This document shows positions 8,912 through 17,900 of a DNA stretch of 41,011 nt, in pieces. Positions within the stretch are counted from its first letter, which is position 1; each line of letters begins with the position of its first letter. Location: positions 1 to 41,011 of the IMG/VR virus record IMGVR_UViG_3300044513_003182; one strand, written 5' to 3'. Source of the DNA: a virus (taxonomy: Duplodnaviria > Caudoviricetes). The notes below the pieces were generated by a model that saw only the letters and a list, made by a program, of their open reading frames with translations, ran no database searches and was not told the DNA's origin. The translations under genes and the position numbers were made by a program.

Positions 8912-11101
8912 TTAGGGATAAGTTCCGCCGTCAATAATATTTATAGCCACATCACCTGCAGTAACAGTAAACTGGGCGCTTGAGTCTGCGTTCGTTCCAC
9001 CGAAAGAAGCAATACCAAGAGTAGAAGTAGTGGCTGTAGCAACTGAAAGAACCCCGCTAGCTGCTGAAATGTTTGTACCTGCGATAGCTGCGATAAAGTC
9101 TACGATGCTTTCTTTCTTTGAACCGTTATCTGTAGCATCAATAAATGCAATACTATCAGAACCTACTGCAATTGCGGTATCGGTAAACTCGTTCAAAGAA
9201 ACTGAAAGAGAGTGTGCAATACCTTCGCCAGTTGTAGCACCAGTAGAAACAATACCTGTTCCACCGGTGATACTTCCTACATAGTTACCCGTGGTATCTG
9301 TTCCCAAGGCTACACTGTTTGCTGCGATTGTTGTAGAGATAGAAGCGGTATCTCCAGCGCTGGTAAAAGTTGCACTACCTGTAACGTCTCCTGTAAGAGA
9401 AACTGTGACTGCACTAGAAAGAGCACCTGCAGTAGTCGCTGTATCGGCATTACCAGTAAGATCACCAGTTACATCACCTTCAACATTAGCTACAAGAGTT
9501 CCAGTAGTGATAGTAAGATCGCCAGTAGACGCCCCAGTAAATGTACCAGTACCCACAATAAACTTGTCTGCGCTCTCGTCCCAGCCAAAGAAAGCGTTGT
9601 CTGAATCTCCCCGCTCAATAACAAGACCAGCATCATTTGCAGGAGTACCTGTAGTACCGTTTCCTAATTCAATTAAGCTATCCTGTACTACCGTATTTGT
9701 AGTGCTAATAGTAGTGGTTGTACCGTTTACCGTAAGATCTCCTGAAACCGTAAGATTGTCAGAAACCGTTACCGTGCCGCCTGCTGAGTCAAGGGTAAGA
9801 CCCCCAGTGCTAGTAGTGACTGTATTTCCGTCTACTGATACGTTATCAACTACAAGGGAGGTAAGACCAGTAATATCTGTATCAGTACCACCAAGTGCAA
9901 TAGTATTATTACCAATCGTGATTGAAGAGTTTGCAAGATTACCGTTTGGAAGAGAGCCAGTAACATCATTGGCAAGATCAATCAATCCGAGAGTAATAGC
10001 TTGTCCAGCAATAGATAAGTAATCTGCAGTTGTTGTTACAAGAGTAACATTTGTAGAGTTGTCTGTGCCTGCTGCGTCCACACCAAGAGCGGTACGCGCG
10101 GCAGGAGCCGTGGTTGCACCAGTACCCCCTAAAGAAATAGGTACTGTTCCTGCAGTAATTTCTTGACCGCTAAGACTTAAATAATTATTTGCTACAGTAG
10201 CTAAAGTAACATCTGTAGAATTATCTGTGCCTGCCGCGTCTACACCAAGGGTAGTTCTTGCAGCACCAGCATCAGCATCATCAACTAGACTGGCTCCAAA
10301 GGTTGAAATTGTTGTATTTGCAGGCAATGATAAGGTTTTAATGTCTGCATCTACCTCTGAGTCCATCAAAGCACCAGCAGCAGTTACGTTTGCCGTATCA
10401 GTAACATCAGCCCCGTCCTCAACATTTAAAATAGATAGAACTTCTGCCTTTGTAATTCCAGTAGCAAATGCTGGAGTTCCCGCATTATCAATAATTGCAG
10501 GAGCATTCCCGCTGTATGCAATAGTAATATTATTATCTGAAACCGTTGTAGTAATATCGGTGCTACCGGTAAAGGTAAGCGTTTCTCCAGTAGTAAAAGT
10601 ATCAGTATTAGCAGGAGACTGGTTGTCAGAAATTGTAAATGAACCCGAAGGAACTGCTGCCCAAGAAAGCTGGCCGGAACCATTTGTTTTTAGAAAAGTA
10701 TCCGCACCACCATCTGCTTGAGGCCAATTTTGTCCGTCAAGAACAATATCACCAGTACCATTTGGAGTAATTGTGATGTTTCCATTTGTGTCGGTAGAAG
10801 TAATAGCGTTTCCGTTTAAGGTAAGATTATCGACATTTAGAACATCAATTTTACTATTTGCATCTACAATAAGTGCACTGGAGGCTGTTAACGTACCCTT
10901 AGTGTGGTCAAGCATTTCGGTGAAATACTCACCACCAATAATTTTTGGAGAGTTAGTATTGCTAGTGGGGTCACCAATAAAAAGCCTGCGAGAATAAGTG
11001 CCACCCGAACTACCTGTATCATATGCGTAAATCAACTCACCTGCATCTACGGTAGAGGGCTTAGTATCTCCAGTAGTACGTTTAATTTTTAACTGTGCCA
11101 T
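8912..11101 (-). CDS. Long side tail fibre protein
   Basis: 729 aa, T/G/A/D-rich; LKIKR...P.....GEL.Y N-terminus; GGTGATTA.AAR.ALG, GDLTVNGTTTT, V.LTGDVTGSA and IAANSVALGTDTTGNYV fibre-shaft motifs; ends IDGGTY. Confidence 0.8.
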   Translation of the reverse strand: MAQLKIKRTTGDTKPSTVDAGELIYAYDTGSSGGTYSRRLFIGDPTSNTNSPKIIGGEYFTEMLDHTKGTLTASSALIVDANSKIDVLNVDNLTLNGNAITSTDTNGNITITPNGTGDIVLDGQNWPQADGGADTFLKTNGSGQLSWAAVPSGSFTISDNQSPANTDTFTTGETLTFTGSTDITTTVSDNNITIAYSGNAPAIIDNAGTPAFATGITKAEVLSILNVEDGADVTDTANVTAAGALMDSEVDADIKTLSLPANTTISTFGASLVDDADAGAARTTLGVDAAGTDNSTDVTLATVANNYLSLSGQEITAGTVPISLGGTGATTAPAARTALGVDAAGTDNSTNVTLVTTTADYLSIAGQAITLGLIDLANDVTGSLPNGNLANSSITIGNNTIALGGTDTDITGLTSLVVDNVSVDGNTVTTSTGGLTLDSAGGTVTVSDNLTVSGDLTVNGTTTTISTTNTVVQDSLIELGNGTTGTPANDAGLVIERGDSDNAFFGWDESADKFIVGTGTFTGASTGDLTITTGTLVANVEGDVTGDLTGNADTATTAGALSSAVTVSLTGDVTGSATFTSAGDTASISTTIAANSVALGTDTTGNYVGSITGGTGIVSTGATTGEGIAHSLSVSLNEFTDTAIAVGSDSIAFIDATDNGSKKESIVDFIAAIAGTNISAASGVLSVATATTSTLGIASFGGTNADSSAQFTVTAGDVAINIIDGGTYP

Positions 11102-11122
11102 AGTTTAAATCCTAAATAGATC

Positions 11123-11497
11123 TTAGTAAGATCCCGCGTCTAATATATCTGAATCGCCACTTTCATCATTAATTATGACTACTTGCCATTCAAATGTTCC
11201 GGGAGCTACTTCCCGATAGACATATAAGTTCTCTGTATCGGTCTCATACCAAAAAGTCCCGGCTTCTACATCTGTAGGTGCGGAATCTTGTGAGTATTGT
11301 TTCCGAGCGAGTTGTTGAATTGCTGCTTGAACATTGGTTGCTGTAACACTTCCCGTAGCTGTCGAAGTTACGTTAGAAGCGGATACAGAAGAAGCCCCAG
11401 ACGGTATAGCCAGGTTATTAACTTCTACTACATAATTTTGTTGTGTTACAGAAGTGGTATAATTTTGTTGAACTACTTCTACTGTATTTTCTGACAT
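11123..11497 (-). CDS. Small fibre adaptor protein
   Basis: ATNVQAAIQQL trimer motif, SAP.....G.FWY.TD...LYVY module, C-terminal LDAGSY. Confidence 0.65.
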   Translation of the reverse strand: MSENTVEVVQQNYTTSVTQQNYVVEVNNLAIPSGASSVSASNVTSTATGSVTATNVQAAIQQLARKQYSQDSAPTDVEAGTFWYETDTENLYVYREVAPGTFEWQVVIINDESGDSDILDAGSY

Positions 11498-11841
11498 TAT
11501 CTAGTAACTTCCTGAGTTACTGTAACCTTGCCTTGGAGAATACGCTTAACTACCGCGTCGCTGTCAGTGTAGATTTCCAAGTCATAATAGTAACTTCCTG
11601 CAGGAATATCCTTGCTAACGGAATTAGATAGAGTCATTTCGATTTTTCCAGTGGTAGGATCGTCAGCAATTGCACAAGTAAAAGATGCGGTTACAGTGCT
11701 TGACGATTTTTTATCTCTCATTTGAGAACGGGCACTATAGCCCGTTAAATCGCTAATAGTACTCGTGTCATCTTTTACAGTGACTTCAAGCGCATAGTCA
11801 GATCCCTGATCTACGATGATATCGTATGTACCGGCAGCCAT
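11497..11841 (-). CDS. Tail collar / fibre-anchoring protein (T5 p132-like, BppU-N-like)
   Basis: DQG.D.....DLTGY.AR.Q.R....G.I...L.......G.Y.YDLEI......RIL.G...V..EVTR; sits directly after the central fibre gene as in T5. Confidence 0.75.
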   Translation of the reverse strand: MAAGTYDIIVDQGSDYALEVTVKDDTSTISDLTGYSARSQMRDKKSSSTVTASFTCAIADDPTTGKIEMTLSNSVSKDIPAGSYYYDLEIYTDSDAVVKRILQGKVTVTQEVTR

Positions 11842-11891
11842 TATTAAATTCCTTGAAAAAACCTTTGAGCATTGCTCTGATGATATCGACT

Positions 11892-11933
11892 ATTATAACA
11901 ATGCTCGACCAAATTGTCAAGAATTATTTTTTT
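11892..11933 (-). promoter_or_regulatory. Consensus sigma70 promoter P1 driving the fibre cassette
   Basis: Minus strand AAAAAAATAATTC-TTGACA-17 nt-TATAAT (-35 at 11920-11915, -10 at 11897-11892), intergenic. Confidence 0.92.
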
Positions 11934-11973
11934 CGGGGGTACTTTGTATATACTTTATAGAAGTAGTAAGAAC

Positions 11974-14900
11974 TTAACTTAGTTTTCCTATACGAACCCT
12001 TTCAACGCCCTCAGAAAAAATCTGTATTCGAAGATTTGTTGCGTCCATAAATATTCCAGATTCTTTACCAGCTGGAACATCTGTAAGATTTGAAATTGCA
12101 AGCTGAGTTGCAGTAACCGCGTCTGCAGCTAAAACTCCTGCTCTTATAAGATCTACTGTTTCCCAAGCATTATTAACATATTTATACGCTAGTTGCTGAC
12201 TATCTACTCGAATCGACTTCTTTATTATCTGATTAACAGAGTACTGGCTAGCTACACCGTTTGCATCAACTATATCAATAATATATGTTACAGCAGCTAC
12301 ATCAGGATGATCTGACTCTGGGGAAACATTTGTATCATGGTCTCCACTCGTATAGGTAGTTCCATCTGTACTAGCAGTGCTGTCTGTTAAAAAGCTATAA
12401 GTTCTAAATACTCGATAGGTAGAGTTAGCATACGGAGAGCTTCCATCATAGCTTAACTGAGAGCTTCCAATGTATACATCTATATCCGTACTAGACCCAG
12501 TCGTTGTAAGAGTCCCATCAGAAGCGGTAGCAAAAGTATGTTGCTCATTATCCAGCACTATAGATACACTAGTTCCTCCGGAAAGTAGGCAATGCATACT
12601 CATAACGTCTTCTGCAAGTATATCACCAGTCTCTGTCTCCCTTACTCTCACTGTTACTTCATCAGGATTTGTAGTATGAGTAGTTGGGAAAGTGTATGTA
12701 TATGTACTAGTAGTACTATTAACTTGTGACACTCCATTGACTAAGAATTCATAATAAGGGCTTCCTGTAAATCCAGTCGTTGTTGCTGTCATTGTAGTAG
12801 TGCTTGGATCGGGATCTGGACTCCCACTACCATCATATACCGCGGTTTGCGATGTAGTAGTTAATTTTACAGCAGTTCCGTATATGGAGTAACTATTTTC
12901 TACAATTGCTACGTTTCCGTTTGCGGGGTTGGCTATCTCGCTAGAGCTTGGAGCACTCAACCCTTGGTTATACCCGGTATCACTTCTTTTTAGGAAAAAG
13001 AACCCAGGTCCTCCAGCAGCTCCGGCTACCCCTGCATCTGACCTAGAAAAAGTCTGTATTTTAGTATAAGTTGTAGTATCGCCATCCGAATCCACAACAG
13101 TAATAGTATATTCGATACTTGCGGTAGTGTCCGACATATTACTGTGTGGGCCATAAAGGGACGTATTTCCACTTGCCGTGCGAGTAGTATCTGGAGTAAT
13201 ATTTGTTCCAGTAATACCACTAACTCTGTATGAAGGAGTAGCATAGGGAGCGGATCCATCATAAGGAACCGACGTAGCTCCTTCATATACTGAAATCTCT
13301 GTTCCCGATCCTGTATAATCAGAAACAACTCCACTACTATTTGCAGTAAATGAATGAGTTTCGTTTACAAAAGAAATAGTAATTGCGGGCTTACCCTCTT
13401 CTCCAAAGGTTCCTACAACTGCCCCACCAGACCAGTCTGAGGTAGAAATTGTATCAGTAGTTGCGCCTTGCGCCCCAAAAGCAGTAGCAATTCTTTTCCA
13501 CAAGTAAGGATTGGCAGCAGTGACACTTGGGGGAGTCTGACTCCAGTTTCCGGGAGTAGTGTCGCTTAGTAGTCCGGTAGAGAAAGTGTAAGTAAGATTT
13601 CCTGTATACCCAAGAGAGGGGGCGGATGAGTTACTACTACTCACTGCGAATATTTCTACAATTGCAGAGGTTCCACCGGCTACTCCATCATCTCCAAAAG
13701 CCCCAACTAATACTCCGGCCGACCACTCGGTATATGCAATAGTATCAGTACTTGAAGTCGATGAAGCTACGGCTACTCTTTTCCATAAATAAGGGTTAGA
13801 GGAAGTTACATCGGGGGCATTAGTAAAATAGTTACCTGGGCTGGTATCACTTAAAGTGCCTCCAAAAGTATAAGTAAGAGTGCTTGTAAAGCCTAATGCG
13901 GGGGCCGAGGAGCTACTATTGCTTACTGCGAATATTTCTACAGTAGCGTTATTTGTTCCATTTGTACCGTTTGCAGCTTCTTTAACAGAAGATATAGTTA
14001 GGGAATCGGAAGCTACTGTTCCTCCGCTGGAGCCTTCCTGTACCTCAACAGTGATAGTATAAGGGCTGGAAGAGTATGAAGCTGGAGGCGACCAAGTAAG
14101 AGTGTCTTGATTTTGTCCCGTTCCGTCTGTAAAACTTGTTTCATCAGTAAACCCATCCCCAGTAAATTTAAAGTAGGCATCAGAGAAATTTTTAGAGTTT
14201 GCTGTTATAGTTATATTAGAAGAGTCTACTAAAGTTCCGCTAGAATCATAAGCGATGACATACTTTGAAGCATCAATACTAACTGCTTTTGCGGGGTCAC
14301 CATCTTGACCTGGAAGGCCTCTTGCCGTTACAGGCAAAAATGCTGTTACAGTAAAGGCTTCATCCGCAGGGCTATTTGATGTACTAAAAGTAGAGCCATC
14401 TGAGAATACTCCGTCAGTAATAGTTGCTGTAACTCCTACTGGGCTTGCATTAATTGTATTTAAATCAGAAGTACTAATACCTGAGCTATTAAAGGTTACT
14501 AAACCATTACTAGAAGCTAAAGTTAATATACTAGACCCGTAAGATGTACTTTGAGAGAAAGATTTTGTTTCATTTGTTATTCCGTCTATCTCTAAAGTAG
14601 GCGTAGAAGTACTGTCTGGTACCCATAATTCTGTACTGCTATTATATACAAAATTTACCGCAGGTAGAGTCATAGTTAGGGCGACCCCGTTCCGTCCAGA
14701 AGTTCCAGCAGTTCCAGGAAGAGCAGTTAATCCAAAATTTTGTGTAATAACAAAAGTTTCTGTGTTGCCAAGAACATCCTTAACAACAACACTATAAGTT
14801 ACCTTAGGAACTACAGTGGTTTCATCCCAAGCACTTGCTTCTCCTATCTCTACGACATTTGAGTCTATAGGGGAAGTAATATCCGCAGTTAAAGCTCCAG

Positions 14901-17900
14901 CGGTAATTCCTGTAGTACTAGAAATAGAGACATCAAACGTAAAATTGCCTTGAGGAGAAGCGCCATTATTATAAGGTACTGAGGTTCCAGCCAACTTAAC
15001 AGTGATATTTCCAGTAGTATCAGCGTAATCGATCGGGCTAGTATTCCTATCAATTTGGGGGCTAGTGTTAGAAAAATAAACTTGTGCGCCACTTGCGGCT
15101 ACTGCAGTGGTTCCTAGAACTCCTTCTGGCAAAGGGCTAGCAATTAATGAAGGATAGTATGCCGATCGAAGAACTTGATCCACACTTTTTTGGCGCTTTA
15201 CCCTTATCCAATAGTACCTAGAGACCGTGGTTGAGGGGTCAGACACAGGAAGAAAATGAATATGAGCAGTTGATTTAGTTTCTGTTAGTAAAACAGCATC
15301 ATCAGTCGAAGGGCTATTGCCTGTAAATAAGGGGGAAGTGCCTGCCCATATTTCAAAAGAGTCATAGTCTGAATTAAAGCCAGTAGGTGCAGTCCATGCT
15401 AATTCTATTGCGCCTCCAGCAGTGGTAGTTGTGGCTGTTAAATCTGAAACTGGTGTAGGTGCCCCAATATTTGCTACTGTTAATTCTACAGGCAGACCGA
15501 CGCCTCCCCGACTACTACTAGTTGGGTCTCCAATTCGATAAGCGGCGTCTGTGTGCTCTTCGGCTGTAACGCGTACTAAACAGTTTTCACTCAAAGAAAC
15601 GTTTGTAACTCTGAATAACTTATCGTCGAATCCCAAATTATCATATTTTACTCGAATTATTTCGCCTGCGAGCAAGAAATAACCTTTTGGAGGCAAAGTA
15701 AAGTTTATCTTTACTCCATATCGAGATTCTTCCAAATACTGTTTTGCATTTAGTCGACTATTGAAATAGTTTGTAATGCCAGGAGTTTTAACATCCCCTT
15801 TTCTTGGAATATTTCTGTCTTGCTTTAAATAGTTAGAATCTAGGAAAGTTACTGATCTATTTGAAAATCTATTTCCCGGATCAGGAATCTCGACACTTAC
15901 TGTATTAAAAGTACCTTTAGTGCCAGGATCTTCAATATTTATAGACCCAAGAATATCATCTTTAGTAATTCGTGTAGGGTAATAGGTTGTGGAGTTAGCT
16001 GTAACGCTATCTAGAGTTTCTGAAACGTCTTTTATAGCTAACTGATATTTCCCGTCCGTATATCGTAGTATTCCTCCAAAATGCCCTAATATAGCATTTA
16101 CATTTTCAAATACAGAAGTTTCTGTACGAATAACGAAATTTGTTTGGTGCCTAGTAACATACTCCTGCTCTTGATAGTCCCAACCTAAATACCTCCAGTA
16201 GGAAACAGAATCAGAATCATATAAAGTGTAGCCATCAATCCAGTTATTTCTAGAAGAGTAAAATTTTACTAAGGGGTTTCCATCAAAAGCAGCATCTGCA
16301 GTACTTACAGTTACTGTACCGCCTCCATTGCTATTTGTTAGAGAAATAGTATCTGAAGACCCTGTAGGCTCTGTTTGTGTTGCTGTAGACGTTGCTACTT
16401 TTACTACTCCCTTAGACCAGTAAGGCTCTCCTGTAACAAAGGTTTTCCAGTCTTCCCATTTTCGCCCTAACTTTCCTACACAGTTAGTTAGTTTTACTCT
16501 AGTTAAACTGCCTACAGTAGTTTTAGATTCTACCTTGCCTTTGAAGAATACTCTGCCACCTGAGGAGTAAGTAAGATTATCGTTTACAGCAACAGTCCCG
16601 GACGACAAATAAACAAAAACATCAGAGCGCCGGTCACACTTTCTACCTGTTTCGAAAAAAGAGTCTAAATCTAGATCTTGATCTAGTTCTAGACCTCTCC
16701 CGTATCGGGTGTTGGTAAGATAGTCTAATAGCTGCATAGCAGGATTAGTGCTTACTCTGCGATCTCCTCGACTTTTTACCTTTATGGTCCAAGAGACACC
16801 ATTTGGAATTTTGTCCGGCTCAAAATCTTGGTCAACAATAGCTATACCGCGCCCACCATCGTAGTCTACGATTTTTCTAGTAACTGAATATTTTGATCCA
16901 TCTGCATAAGCAATAGATGCTTCCAATAATAATCCATTATAAGTATCATCTGTAGCTGATGGAGACCCCGGTAGCTTGACCGCGTTTTTTGCTACAGCAT
17001 AATTTATCTGGGAGGAATTAGTATTAGTAGGGCCAACACTGGTTACGGAAGTAGATGCACTTGTATTTGAGGTAGAATAACTCCCTAATAAAGCATTAAG
17101 ATTTTCAAGATCAACTGTTGAAACATATGAAGCATATGAAGAATCTAATAAAGCTATTCGAATATCTTCCGATCCTATAATATTCGATAAGTCGCCTGAA
17201 GGAATAGTGAAGTCTACTCCTGGGTGCCCTGTTTCTGCGGCAGTAGCAACACTAGAAACCTGCTCTTGTATTATGGCGGAGCCTGAGCCGCTAAGATATA
17301 CGTGGTCATACGTGGTTAAATATAATATATTACCGCCGTTTCGAATACTAAAATCAGTGTCCGACGTTATCTTTTTATTTAATCTTACTCTAGTTATCTC
17401 AGTACCATTTTCATCGGGTATAGTCCCCATCCACTGAATTTGTGCATTAACATTAGAGTCACTTCCATTACCATTATAAATATCATAACTAGTAGCTAAC
17501 TGAAAATTTGATAGAGATGCTGAAGTTTTAGTGGTGTCTACCACATAAGAGTAATCGTAGTTATAACACTCTATTATTCTTCCTTTGACAGTGAATTCTA
17601 GGCTAGGAATTTCTGTTTCGCCTTCATTAATTGTATACTGGGCTACACAATAAGCGGTATCTAAAACTCTATGGTTTGGGCCCCAATAAGAAGCTTTGTC
17701 ATCTGATTCAAAATAATCATTTTGAAGTTTAAAAGTTCCGTCTGCAGCTTTATTTACTAGCTGAACATCTGCTTTTTGATTTGGGCGTCCTGCATGAAAT
17801 GTAAGCCGACAATCAATAGGGTCATTAAAAGTTCTTCCTTTTTCATGTATGACTCCACTAGCAGGATTTGAATTTGTTGAGCTAGTGGAAGGCGCTGTGG

